A stretch of 64,000 bases of DNA. It comes from Lama guanicoe. Taxonomy: Eukaryota. Positions 24,336-37,544 of this stretch are shown here, piece after piece. Made by a program: the position numbers and the translations under genes. Below the pieces are notes generated by a model, which was given only the letters and a program-made list of their open reading frames with translations, was not told the origin of the DNA and searched no databases. The first letter of the stretch is position 1. Each line of letters begins with the position of its first letter. The stretch spans positions 2,790,011-2,854,010 of the forward strand of contig MU054117.1 of the NCBI GenBank assembly GCA_013239625.1, written 5' to 3'.

Positions 24336-26494
24336 TACGGGCAGGGACGCTGGCTCAGAGGAGCAAGGCAGGGTGCTTGTGTGCAGCAGGTGGGCGTTGT
24401 GTGTGGATGCTGAGGACACTGTTCTCCATCTCATTTGGCCTTAGTGGAGATGCTTGGGTTTTAAAGAAGTTTACGTGGAAGCTCACGGGCTTCAGGAGAC
24501 CTGGGTGGGGTGATAGTTCAGATTCCACGACCTGCTTACTATGGGACGGGTCTTTTCTGGGCTGTCTTTGACCTTGAGACCACTGCCAAACCAAATCAGG
24601 GAGTTTGAGGTTCACGGTTGCTCTGTGTTTACCAAGTAGCCTTACCCTTTGGGAGGAAGAAGGACACAGAGGATGACAGAGAGTGAACCTGGAGAGGTGG
24701 CTGAATCCCTAAGGAGGGACCCCGGGGTTCTTACAGGACACAGTCAACCCCCCCAGCATCCCCCGGTCCTTCCAGAAAGTGCTAATGTGGGCTTCCATGC
24801 CCTCTTTCTTCCTTTTTCCTTGTGACAAACTGGGCTTGCTCTTGGGGGTTCCAGAAGCCTCTCTGCAGAGCTCTGACTCCTAACCCAAAAAGAGCAAATG
24901 CCAGCTGAACAGATAACTCCTAGTCACATCTCCTTAGGTTCCTACTGGAGTGGGGGTTTTGTATTCAGGCTGAGTGGCTGGCAGGGCCGGTGGATAGCAT
25001 TTTAGGCCCTTTGGGCTGGTTGATAGCATCTTCCCCGAAGCTGGCAGACAGGACCAGTGAGTCACTGAGGTGCCCTTCAGGTATCCAGCGCTAATCCTGT
25101 TCTTTCGTCCCAGTGTTCAGAGAGTGAATTGTACCTGTGGCGGTGTGCGTGCCACCTTCTCCTTCCTGTCCCAGCGTCGACACTCCTCTGTGCCTGCATC
25201 TTTTTGGAAAGCCGGCCGTTGGCCCGTCAGCGTCAGGGGTGTGCACGGGACCCGCTCAGGGGTTCTGGCGACAGCAGTCAGCGTATGAGTCAAGAGAGCT
25301 TGGAAAGTCACCAGTGAGCAGTGTCTAATAGCGACAGGTTTGATTCAGTCTGTTGCCGCAGCACATTTGTCCCCTCAGCGTATGATTTCGCAATACTTCA
25401 TCCTGTCCCATTTTAGACAGTGAACAATCGCAACTCTATCAGGTGTCGCTCTCGTGGTCTCCTCCAGGTTGCCTGGGGTGACTCAGCACACCCTGGAATC
25501 CGTTTCCAGGCCCCAAATCCTGAAGGATCAGGAAGGAGGTGCCGGTGAGAGAGAGGGGCAGGACGGGTGGTGACTGCCCTCGGAGAGGGCCGCTCTGAGA
25601 GGTGCTTTGTCAAGGGCAGGGAGTTGGCCTCGGGGCCACAGCCGGGCTCTGAGCCCTGCCTGCCCTGTGTGTCAGGTTGCTGTTCATTGTCCTGTCTCTG
25701 CTCGTCCCACCCTGTCTTTCCTGCTTCCTGCAAGGTGGTCTCTTGTCCCCTCCAGAAAGCCAAAGAGCTCATTTTCCTCCAAGGTAGGTGCCGGGTTGGC
25801 TCAGGGCCAGAGCCCTGGTGGAGTCGGGAATCCGGACTCTCCGGCTCACTCTGCCAGGGAACGCCAGGGACCGGATTGGTGTGGGGCTGCGCCTGGTATC
25901 TCAGGCTTCAGGATGCGGTTTGGAGAGGAGCTGCTCACCCAAACCCTGGGAGGCTTCCCGGGCCCAGCAGCTCTTTCCCTGGAGATCACGACCATTGTTG
26001 GATTAGGGGTCACCCTGCCTCGGGGCGGAGGGGCGGTAGGTGTGTGCCAAGTGATGTCTAAGTGTGCTGGTAAATTACCTTTGTCCCTCCGGTTTGCTCT
26101 CCATCCTTCTCCACCCTGCCATGTGCCCCGGAAGGCTGGACTGCGTGGACTTTAGCGACAGGCTCCCTCCCCCAGCTCACCCAGGCTGCTGGCTGGCAGG
26201 GTTCCGGGGGCGCGGGAACGCCAGCAGGAGCATCAGCAGATCAGAGGAGGGAGGGGGGCGAGCTCAGAGCACGCATTCCTCCAGCTGCTTCCCCACAGGG
26301 TCACAGTTGACTCTTTCCCCAAGCTGAAGCTTTCTTGTAACCTTCTCACACAGCCCTCCCCGTCTCTGGGCTCCCATAACCTCTCTCCTCCTGCCCCCTG
26401 ACACCTGGAGGTCGCAGTGGCGGTCCTCTGTTGGGCATTGCATCTGGGCCTCCCACTAAGCCGCTCTTACAAGCAGAAACCCTTGGCAGCCTTC

Positions 26495-26700
26495 ACTGAG
26501 CGCTCACTATGACCCCAGCATCTTCCAAAGCTCTTACATCGATCATCTGATCTCATTCTTAAATAATCCTGTGAGTACATAATAATAATGATATCCCCAG
26601 TTTACAGATAAGGAAACTGAGCCTCAGAAAGTTTCAGTGAATTTCCCAGACTCACAGAGCCAGGAGGTGAGGGATCCTGGTTCTCAGCACGAGCAGCCGT
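26495..26700 (-). mobile_element. MIR SINE
   Basis: ccccagtttacagataaggaaactgagcctcagaaagtttcagtgaatttccc. Confidence 0.75.
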
Positions 26701-26714
26701 GTTCTAGAACGCGA

Positions 26715-26900
26715 GCTCCCGCTGGTCACCAGTGCGGTCCTGGACCAGACCATCCGCATCATCTGGGAACTTGTGAGAAACTCAAATTTCCAGCCCCACC
26801 CAGACCTACTGAGTCAGTGGTTCTAGGAGGCGGTGGGGGGTGTCGGGTAGGCCCCTCTCCAGGGGTGAGGTGTCCACTCGGGTCTGAGAGCCATGGCGCT
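26715..26900. mobile_element. MER5A hAT-Charlie element
   Basis: ggtcctggaccag...gcatcatctgggaacttgtgagaaa...ccccacccagacctactgagtcag. Confidence 0.75.
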
Positions 26901-27444
26901 GCACTGACCCTCACACGGGAGTGCGGCTCGCTCTGTGTGCGCCCCAGGCCCTGGCGTGGCTGGACTAGTGTGGCCGCGTCCCTCCTCCACCTGCTGTGGG
27001 AAGCAGGCTGCCTGCAGCTCCCAGCTGGGCCCTGGGCTCCGGCAGTTTCTGTTTTCTGTTCGGTGACTGTGATCAGCCAGGAGCCCACCCCCGACGGCTG
27101 CATGCTGCAGCTCCCCGCGTTTCTTAGCACATTAGAACCACAGGCTTCTTTTGTCACTCGGAGACGAGACCTCCGTGCTCCTCTGAGAGTCGCCTTGTAT
27201 TGCACGGGAGAGGGAATTCCACGACCCCTCGGTGGGCAGGGACTCGGACACTCACGGAAGGGAAATCCCATGAACCCTGCTCAGAGACCCGGACCCTCTG
27301 ATGAGCACGCTCAAAGGCCGTCCTTCGAAGGAGCCCGGCCAAGCCTGAGGGCCTGTCCTCCTGTTGAGGTTTACTGTTAAGGGACAGATTCCACGCTGTG
27401 GGCTGATTTTTTTCGGGAGGGCATTTGACTTGGTGGGGACTATA

Positions 27445-27630
27445 CGTAAAATAGATGAATAGCGAGTTTCTTCCGTACAGCCCAGGGAAGTGTGTTCAAT
27501 TCCTTGCAGTAACCTATAATGAAAAATACGATGGAAAGGAATATATGTACATATGTGCAGGGCTGAAACACGATGCTGGACGCCAGAAATCGACATATTA
27601 TAACTGGCTATACTTCAAAATGAAAAAAAC
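27445..27630 (+). mobile_element. Short L1 3'-end insertion
   Basis: cttgcagtaacctataatgaaaaa...gatgctggacgccagaaa...taactggctatacttcaaaatgaaaaaaa. Confidence 0.8.
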
Positions 27631-27939
27631 CAGGCCTTGGTGGGGGAAGGTGGTGCAAATAGACTTGCTCTGGGGCGCGTCGTTGGAGCCTCCGGAGGAC
27701 TTACTGGAGCGGTCCAGGTGTGGGCTTGGGCAGTGGCTGGCGGTGGAGCGGGAGGGGCTGACCACTCCAGGCAGAGGAACAGCGGGTACCAAGGCCAGGA
27801 GGTGCAGACACAGTGCATGAAGGGGGCACAGGGAGGGGCAGGAGGACTGGGACAGCCTCTGAGGAGGGAACCCAGGGTGTAGGGAGGGCTCACTCATGGC
27901 AGGGAGTGGAGGGCAGCACTCCTGGCATATGAATTTGCA

Positions 27940-28135
27940 CTTCCATTTAACTGAAGTGTAGTTGACTTACAATGTTGTACTAATTTCTGGTGTACAGCAT
28001 AGTGATTCAGTTATGCATTGATACATTCTTTTTCATATTCTTTTTCATTACAGGTTATTTATAAGCTATTGAATGTAGTTCCCTGTGCCCTACAGTACAA
28101 CCTTCTTGTGGATCTAGTTTATATACAGTAGTTTA
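27940..28135 (-). mobile_element. Short L1 3'-end insertion
   Basis: gaagtgtagttgacttacaatgttgt...tctggtgtacagcatagtgattcag; similar to the 3' end of the L1 at 3708. Confidence 0.85.
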
Positions 28136-28479
28136 CCCTGGTAGCTCCAGTTTACACTGTGGCCTCCTGGATACAGCCAACCCAGCTTTCCTGGGCTCTG
28201 CAGGGCTCAGCCTCCTTCTGCGAGAAAGCAGCGCGGGGCAGATGGCTCCTGCGGGAGCATCTGAGCGCCTGCACAGAGCGGGGCAGCGTCAAGCGTGAAC
28301 AGTGGGCAGACGCTCCCTTCACCTTGACCGTGTGCCCTGGGGGCTCTCTGGGAGGGAGCCGCCTGACGTGGGACTGAAGGGAGGCCTCCAGGACTGGTGT
28401 CCAGCTGCTCTGCCACTGCGCTTTCCAGCCCTTTGCTTTGCCTGGCTGACCCTACCCCCGACCCGGCCCCTTGTTAAGG

Positions 28480-29180
28480 GAATCATTCATTCATTCATTC
28501 ATTCATTCAGTCATGCCTTCAACAAGTGTTTCTGGAACAGCCCCTCAGCGTCAGGTGCACCTCCACGGGCGGGGGTGACGGTAGAGCCTGATGCCTGCCT
28601 TTGTGGTGCTCCCATTGCAGGGGGAAGATGGACATAAATGGATGAACTGGTGTCAGGTACTGATAAGAGTTCTGAAGGAAAATAAAGCGGGTGAGGGAGC
28701 AGAACGAAACAGAGGTCGGGTGTTTGCAGACGGGGCTGTTTGGAGAGGGGACCTCTGCAAAGGCGACCTTAGAAATGGACCTGAACGAGGCAAAAGAGGG
28801 ACTCATGCAAAAACAAATTTCTTCTATACAGCACAGGGAACCATATTCAAGATCTTGTAGTAACCTATAATGAAAAAGAATCTGAAAACAAATGTATGCA
28901 TGTATGTGCGCATGACTGAAACGTGATGCTGGACGCCAGAAAATGACACGTTGTAACTGACTGTACTCCAATTTAAAAAAAAAGTTTAAAAAATGACCCA
29001 TGCAACATATGGGGGAGCAGCTGGTGCAAAGTCTCTCGGTGGGAACAGGTTTTGGGGTATTCAAGGAGCAGAATGGGGTGCGGGGGAGCCAGAGACCAGA
29101 GACTGGAGAGCAGGAGGGACTGGAGAGGACAGGGCCCCGCAGGCATGTAGAGGAGGTAGGAGTTCGGAAATAAAAGTTGA
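28480..29180 (-). mobile_element. L2 3' region (minus), interrupted by an L1 fragment
   Basis: (ATTC)n tail at ~28485 then caacaagtgtttctgg...; body continues after 29005. Confidence 0.7.
28811..28994 (+). mobile_element. Short L1 3'-end insertion with target-site duplication
   Basis: cagcacagggaaccatattcaagatcttgtagtaacctataatgaaaaagaatctgaaaa...polyA; TSD gactcatgcaa (28800-28810) / gacccatgcaa (28995-29005). Confidence 0.88.
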
Positions 29181-29634
29181 GACCCCAGCGTGTGGAGGGG
29201 TGGCCACTACTTCTTCCTCGCATTAGCACATGGACTTTGTTGTTTCTTCCAGGGGAGCCCTTCCCCAGGCCCCTGGCCCCTGGCCCCAGGCCCCCGGCCC
29301 CAGGCGTTCCCGGGGAAAACGGCCTCTTGGACTTGTCTTCTCCGTTTCCCCGTCACTATTAAAGTGGACTTTCTTCCTCCTTTCGGAGTGAAGGGACCTG
29401 GTGAGTGCGTTCACAGGGAGGGGTTACTTTGACAAACAGCCTGCTAAGCGTGTTGTACGCACCACTGCTCCCACCAGGTCTCTGACTCAGGAGTCTGGGA
29501 AGGGAGAGGAAGGAGAGAATGGGAGCCGTGTCTGCATTTCATCAGCTTTAAGCCCACAGGCTGCTACTTTCAGTGGTTTTCAAGCCACTAAGATAATCAG
29601 AGTTGTCTATGTGCTGTTCTATCAGTTTTCTTGC

Positions 29635-32600
29635 TCCATGTTTTTCATTGTGGTCAAATATGTATAATATACAATGTACTCTCATAACCATTTTTAAGTG
29701 TACAGCTCAGTGGTGTTAAGCACATTCGTGTTGTTGTGCAGCCGTCACTACCATCAGCTCCAGAGCTCTTTTCATCTTGCAGAGCTGAAATTCTATACCC
29801 ATTAAACAGCCACTCTCGTCCTCTCCTCCCCCAGCCCCTGGCAACCGCCATTCTACTTTTTGTCTCTAAGACCCTCTAATGGAGGGAATCACGCCGTGTT
29901 TGTCTTTTTTATGACTGGATTATCTCACGTAGCATCATGTCCTCAGAGTTCATCCGTGTTGTAGCACGTGTCAGAATTTGCCTCCTTCTAAGGCCTAAGT
30001 AAGAATCCACTGTGTGTGCGCGCCCCATTTTGCTTATCCATTCATCTGCCGATAGACTCGGGTTGCTTCCATCTTGTAGCTGCTGTGAATAATGCTGCTA
30101 TGAACATGGATGCATAAACATCTCTTCAAGACCCGCTTTCACTTACCCAGGGTTTACACCTGGCCATGGAATCGCTGGGTCATGTGATAATTCTATTTTT
30201 ACTTTTTTGAGGCAGTGTCAGGCTGTTTTCCACAGGGGTTGCACCATTTTACATTCCTACCAAGAGTGCATGAGGGTTCCAGTTTCTCCACATCCTTTCC
30301 GACACTTATTTTCTGTTTTTCCTTTTTGATTATTAGCCGTCCTAATGGGTGTGAGGCAGCGTCTCATTGTAGCTTCCACTTGCATTCCCCTAATGACTGG
30401 TTCCATCCATTTTTGCTTTATGTATTGTGCGTCTCTTCCATTAGATGAATAAACATTTGCAGTTATTATGTCCTCTTGCTGAAGTGGCCTCTTCATCATT
30501 ATGAACGTATCCCTCTTTTTCCTGATAGTATTTGCTCTGAAGTCTATTTTGTCTGACATTAATACAGCTATCCTCGATAGCTTGTATTTGAGTTAGCACG
30601 GTATATTGTTCCTCATTTTTTTTTTAACTTTTTCATGTTAAGAGGAAGTTTCAAACAGAGTGGCGTATGGTTGTTCTGAAACTCTAATATGGTAACCTCT
30701 GCTTTCTAACTGAGGTATTTAGGCCATTTATAGTTAGTGTAACTGACTATGCATGTTGTATTGATCCTGTTGGGTTTAAACCCACCATCTTGCTATTTGT
30801 TTCTATATTACTTACCTGTTATTTTTCACATTTACCCTCTTTTTAAGCCTTTAAGGGGGCAATACTTGAGCGTTTCTTACGATTCCATTTCATCTTCTTA
30901 GCCAGCTTATTATCCATAACTTTTAGTGATTTTATAAAATAGCCACTTTAGAGTTTGTGGTGTGTGTTGAACTTATCACAGTCTGCCTTCAGCTGACATC
31001 GCAGCAGCTCACACGCACCATCGGGTTCTTACAGCAGTGTTTCCTTTCCCCCCTTTTGGCCTTTGTGCTCTGCTGTCATGCATTTTAATTCTACCTGTGT
31101 TATGAGTCCTGCAAGACTGTTATTACTTTTTAAAAAACAGTCAATGATCATTTAAAGCAGTTTAAATAATAAGGAAAAGGTTTTATGCTTATCCATGGAC
31201 ATGGACTTCGCTTTTTCAGAGCGCTTCATTCTTGGTACTGATCCAGGTTTCCATCAGTTATCATTTCCCTTCTGCCTGAAGGATGTCCTTTAACTTTCCC
31301 TATAGTATGAGCCTGTGGGTAATGAAATCTTTCAACCTCTGTATACCTCAGAAAATCTTTACTTTGCCTTTATTTCTGGAAGATATTTTCACAGGGTATA
31401 AAATTCCAGGTAGAGAGTTTCACCCTTTCCACACTTTCAGGTGGTGCTGCCCCGTCTTCCTGTGTTGGTTCCTATGAGAACCTCTTAGTTCCTCTGTATG
31501 TGAATGTCTTTATCTCCCCTTTGGCTGCTTTTAAGATTTTCTGCTTATCGATGATTTTAAGCAATTTGATTGTGATATAGCTTCATGTAGTTTTCTCCCC
31601 CTCTTATTTCTTTTCCTCAAGGTTTGTTGAGGTTTTGGGATCTGTAAGTTTACAGTTTTTGTGGAAAATTTCAACCACCATTCCAATATTTCTTTAAATA
31701 TTTTTCCGTTTCCCCTTCCTTTGGGTACTGCAATCCCATGTGGCCCAAGCCACTGGAAGTCATCCCACAGCTCACTGTTGCTCTGTTTAACTTCTGTTTT
31801 TTTTCGGTCTTTTTCTCTTTGTGTTTTATTTTGGGTAGTTTTTATTGCTTGTGTCAATCTTTTCTTCTGTGATGTCTAACCTGCTGTTAACCTAACCCAG
31901 TGAATTTTTAAAAATCATATGTAGTTTTTATCTCTAGAAGTTCAGTTTGTCATTTTTCTATCTTCCATGTCTCCACTTAATACATCTATCTTAATCTTTC
32001 CTCCAGCTTCTTAGACATATGAAATACAATTACAGTAACAGTTCTGTAGACCTTGTCTGCTAATTCTATTGTCTGTGTCCTCTCTGGGTTGGCTTGGCAT
32101 TGACTACCTCATTTTAGGTAGTCCTTTTCTCACTTCTTTGGCAAGCCTGATAATTTTTGAGTGTATGCTAGACATTGTGTAATCCAGACCTTATCAGGTA
32201 CTGGATATTTTTTGAATATTTTTGTACTTCTAAACTTTGCTCTGGGATGCAGTTAAATTCCTCGGAGGGTTTAACCCTGTCAGTCTTGCTTTTCAGCTTT
32301 GTTTGGTGGGGTCACAGTGATCTTTAGTCTAGAGCTAATTTTCCACCACTGAGGGAAACAAAACCTCTTCTGAGTATTCATGACTTCCGAGGTTTTCCAC
32401 GCTGGCTTGGGGGGACGTGAGGCCCTCCTGGCCCTGTGTGAGTACCATAAAGAGGTGCCTTTATTTTGTCGGTAGTTATTTTCCTGGCTGCAGGTAGTTT
32501 CTTCACATGCATGACTTGATCGATCGCAGCTGAAGACCTGAGGGGCTCTCCCTCCAGATCTGCAAAGCCCCGTCTCTGGAGAGTCTTTTACCAGCTCTCT

Positions 32601-32830
32601 GCCTGTCAGAGCTGCCATACTGCCCTGATTCCCACCTCTGTCTCTTCCACCAAGGGAGGGTCCTCCTCTGCCTGGGTTCCTGGTCCCTGTGACAGCTCAG
32701 ATGTACCAGGCGGAAAGCTGGGCCATCATAGGGTTTACCTTGTCTTCTTGTCATCCTTCAGGGATGTGGTTTTTCGTTGCCTGATGCTCAGTGTCTTGAA
32801 AACTGTTATTTCTTGTATTTTGTCCAGCTT
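29635..32830 (-). mobile_element. Old L1 block: 3' UTR/ORF2 C-terminus (29635-30400) joined to endonuclease, ORF1 and 5' region (30400-32830)
   Basis: L1MB-like 3' UTR; minus ORF 30257-30559 carries endonuclease and C-terminal motifs; ORF 31531-31857 is ORF1-like. Confidence 0.8.
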
Positions 32831-35704
32831 TTGAACTGGTCATCGGACTTGCCTGGGAGGGCTTTGAAAGTGCAGATTCCTGGGACATGTCATTGGCTAA
32901 ACTGAGGCCACCTTTGGAGTAGACGCAGGTGTTACTGGGTGGCCGATGTGATTCCCTTTCCAGCTGGAACGTTGGTATTTTCAGTGAATACTTGCCTTGC
33001 AATCTCTGATTACAGGGGTCACTCACTTCTGCTAAGAATGTGGGTGGAAATATTTATTTGGAGCAAATGGGTTTCCTAGAACTGGATAGAAGGTGTCCGG
33101 AGGAGCCCGTGGAAACCAGGTGAGGCTCTGGACTGAGCTGCTGTGGCTTTGGTCTTGGCCACCGACTTGTGATTTTCTTTCTGACTTGCGACATGACTCT
33201 ATGGCCCATTTTCCTCCAGCCGTTGGCTTATTGGACAGATGATGAAGCAGAGACTGTGAGGGGCCAGCTCAGGGTCCTGACCAGCCGTGCTGTGTGGGCT
33301 AAGCCAGCCAGCCAGCTTCTCTGAACCTCGGGACCTCTATCTGCAGCTCTGGCCTTGCACTTGGGTGTGAAGAGATTGTTGGAAAGGTGTCTACAAACAC
33401 ACTTGAATCTGTACTTGAAGGCACTTGTAGTCTATCTGGGTGGGATTATGGGGGTCAGTAAATGCATTCTGTATTCGCAAGATATTTTCTTCTCCTAGAA
33501 ATCCCGGGAGACAAGACACTTCTCGGTAAAGATATTTGAAGCACCGTTGAACCCTCCAAAGCGTGTTGAGTATTATTCGGATTCTGATGATTATTCCTCT
33601 CAGTTTTACCTTCCTTCCTGCCACCTCCCCGCCCTCTCCAGGGGAATGAAGTTTCTCTGATTGCACGGTGGGAAGCCGCCTCCTTTGCTCCACTTGCATA
33701 ATGTATTTATGAAGGGCAACACTGACCCAGCTGAAGTGTCAGGGTACTGGAATCGATGCATCTTTGTTGGGCCCCAGATCTGGGCCAAGTGCTAACGGAG
33801 AAGCAGTGACACATACATCCGGTTACTGGCCGGAAGGAATTTACTTCTTGGTGGTAGAAGAAGCACCTACAGTTGTTAGACAATTTGCACGAGACCATTT
33901 GCCAACAAAACAGGACAGAACGTAACTAGTAGCTTCGGACCAGCAGATGCCACTGGGATCCAGAACTGGAGCAAGAGAGACCAGGTGTCAGGAGCTGGGG
34001 AAAATGACTGACCACGGTGGCCGTGTCCCTTAAGATAGCAATTGTCTAAGTCTCAGAAAGCCGTGGGGAAAAGGGGCAGATTGGTGCTCAGGGAGTGGAC
34101 AGTGTGGACGGTGAGGACCGGGGTCAGGCAGGCAGCAGAACAGAGCATGAAGGGCAGCCAAAGCCACCGTGTACAGTGCCAGAGATGGGCCCAGGGGGCA
34201 TCCCGAAATAGCACCGGAGCGTGGAGTTAGATGGCCGGAGCTGGAAGTCTCGTGCTTCTGTACCACACTGTAGAATCTCCTCTGAATGCTTACACACTCG
34301 GCATCTTCAGTCATCACAGAGGCCGGTGGAAGAGGCAGGACATATAATTATTGTCATTTGACAGAAGAGGAAACCGAGGGTCAAAAAGGTTCAGTGGCTT
34401 TTGCACAGTGACCTGAATAGGGGAAGAGAAAACCAAGAGCAGAACCCACAGGCACCCCGTCTGTGTGACCTTTGTCTGAGACCCTCTGCACCCACGATGA
34501 CCCTGGCCAGGGGAAGAGTCATCTGCCCAGCTCAGGCCTCACAGGGACTATGTGACCCAAATCTGGGACCAAGGCCTAGTCCCCCTCGGGGTGGGGTGCG
34601 GGTGGGAGAGGAGACTGTCCATCTTCCTGCACTTCTGTCTGTAAAGCAAAGCAGACAGGTTCTTGGTGACGTCCTTCAAATCAAAGCAGAGAGAGGCTCC
34701 TGTTGCCCTGGGTGGGCTTGGGGAGGAAGGGCCGCACGGGAAGCCTGCTTTTTAAGTCCATTAAGGAGGAAGAACCAGGAGCCAAGCAGCCAATTAACCT
34801 GACATCTCTTGCTGCCAAAATATCTGAGGATAGAAGAAGAGAATTTAATATGTGGAGGCCTGGGAGAAAAGTGACTAATAGCTGGAAAACAGCCCCAGTT
34901 TACTTAAGAAATAGGTCAGGCCCAACAAACCCCATAGATTCCTTCCCCGCAGTCACGGATCCGAGACAGAGGGAGCGCCGTGTGGCTGCGGGGCCGGCTC
35001 AACTGTGGGACCACAAGGACACAGCCAGGGCCGTGGGAGGCACCACGACACAGCGCTGGATGGCCGAGGACGGCCCTTGGGGTTGAGCCCCACCGTGACT
35101 CTGGCCGTGTCGGCAAGTTAGGGACTGGCCCAAGGTCACCCAGCCTGAAGGTGGCAGAGCTCACACCCAACCCCAGTCCGTTTGCTCGGAGAGCCAAGGG
35201 GCTCTCTGGAACCTGTGGCAGCCCCTCCTTCAGATGTCCTTGGCTCGGCTTGGCTGTCATCTGGGAATCACCATGGCACCAAGGCAGAGCCAGGCTGGCC
35301 TCTGAGGGCTGCATCAGGAGTCACGGAGGATGGAGAAGGCAGGGAGCTGCCCCCAGCCCCGCCTGGACCAGAGTTTCACGGGTGGCACTGGGAGGGCTGG
35401 TTCAACATGCAGCTTGGTGGGCCTCGCCCTCACAGGGTGGGATTCTGTTGGTCTGGAGTGGGGCCTGACACCATCCCCAGGGTGACTGGCCCAGGTTGTC
35501 ATAAACACTGTCCTCCATGAGTCCCCAGATGGTTTCCCTCAGAACATTGACTTCTGGAGATGTTTATAGCTCCCTCAGGGAGAAGGATGCCACGGCTATT
35601 AAATTGGTAGCACCAGACACTCTCATTCCCTCTTGGAGAATCATGATTCATTTTAGCAAATTAAAGGCTTAAAAGTATTACAATTAAGAAATCTCTTTAC
35701 ATTT

Positions 35705-35797
35705 TGTGGTACAGACACAATCAAACCATTACACTGTATGCCTTAAACTTACACAATGATAGCTGTCAATCATATCTCAATAAAGCTGGGAAAGAAA
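35705..35797 (+). mobile_element. L1 extreme 3'-end fragment
   Basis: ctgtatgccttaaacttacacaatg...tgtcaatcatatctcaataaagctggga. Confidence 0.65.
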
Positions 35798-37319
35798 TCT
35801 CTTTAGCTTTTTGGCCCAAACTCACTTGGCCACAGAACCCCTTCTTCCAGGGGTGTCTGTTCTGTGGGAAACAATGTGGAAGGATGCAAGGTGCCAGAGT
35901 TAGAGTCAGGGACGCTGTACGACAGAAAGATGCCAGCTGGTGACAGCAGCTGCCACTCTGTGACATGCATCAGTGTCTGGCCTCGCCCCAGGGGCACTGA
36001 GAGAGTGTCTGTGTCTTTAAAAAGCCAACTCTAGGGAGGGGGAGGAGGGTGACTGTTGACAGGGGGCCGTGTTCGGCTCGCAGGACGAGCAGCATCTGGC
36101 CCTTCGCCCCGTCCCCGAGGCGTGCAGGCTTCAGATCCAGGGTGAGGAACAGTGATGTAGGTCCTGGCATTTGCTTCAGCCCCGTGCTCCCTTCTGGGGA
36201 GGGACATGACTTTGCTGGGACCCATCTTTCAGCCCAGGTGACAGGAAACACGGATGCAGGAGAGAGGAGAGCAGGATGGAACCACAGCCATCTCAGGCCG
36301 AAGGCAGACACGAAAACTGTGTGTCTGGTGTGACCGTGGGGACAGGAGAGGCCCAGGTGCCCGACGCAGCACACACCTGCCTCGCTGCTGCCTGACGCCC
36401 ACCGCCAGGGCGGCCCCCTTCCAGCTGAGCTCTGGTCCCTCCGCAAAGGCAGGCAGACAGTGCTAGAAGAGCTAGCTCCAGGCGATCACCGACTCCATGG
36501 ACCGCGTCTAGCTCACGGTCCTGGGAGCAGGCACGGAGGGGAGGAAAGTGTGGTGAGGGTCTGAGGGTGACCCCGGGCCGGGTGGGAGGCAGCTGGGAAG
36601 AAAGACGTGGGGAGACCCGGCTGGGGGCCCCCTGCTCCCACGCCCTCCTCTGTCTGCTTCCCTTGCGGTGGCCCCAACCCCTGGCTTTCCCTTTCTGTCC
36701 CTCCACGAGGCCTCAGGCTGCTGCTGAGGACAGAAGATGCAGGTTAGAAAAAGCTCTCTTGACATTTGGAGACAGAGCAGAATTTGGCTCCCTCAGTGGA
36801 GTCTTTTGTCCTCAGGAAAAATCGTTTGTACAGCTTGGGCTGGTGCCATGAGAGCCATTTATAGCCCGATGGGCTTGGGGTGGCTTCAGCTGCCTGGTGC
36901 AGAAAGCGCTGTCTTCTCTCTGCCCTCGGCCACCTGCCTCCCTCTCGTGTCTCCTTCACCTCTGCTCCCTCCTTAAAGCCTTTTCCTCTTCTTCCTGTCC
37001 CTCCCCCTATTATCTTGGAGGGTCCAGTTCTAGATTTGCCTACGTGATCCTGGACACACTCCCTTCCTTACATGGGCTCAGCCTCTCCTCCAAACTGGAG
37101 CCCCCTGTCCGCTCCATTTGGAACTCAGTCACCTTGGAGAGGTGCCTACTTGTGCCAGCCTCCCTCAAGGCATTGACCTCTGTTTCCATGTTGCCTTTGA
37201 CCCTCTTTCTCCCCTCCAGGGCTGGGCTTCCTGCCTGGGGCTCTGTACCTGCTCCTGATCACTGGGCCTGGCTCTTAGCAGAAGTTCAGTGAAGCTTGGT
37301 GGGACTGAACCGGCCCAAC

Positions 37320-37535
37320 TGCAGTATCAGAGTTAAGAGCCATCGGACAGATATCAGTTCACATCTTGGCTCTGTTACTTGCTAGCTCTGGGCTCAGGAA
37401 TTGACTGAATTTTTCGAGCTTCAGTGTCCTCTTCTATAAATTTCAGTACCTCATCGAGTTATTATGAGCATTTTATGAGATGATATTTGTTAAGTGTTTA
37501 GCACAGGGCCTGGTGCACAGTGGGCCCTCAGGCAT
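37320..37535 (+). mobile_element. MIR SINE
   Basis: gagttaagagc...ggctctgttacttgctagct...cttcagtgtcctcttctataaa...aagtgtttagcacagggcctgg. Confidence 0.75.
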
Positions 37536-37544
37536 TGTTAAGGA

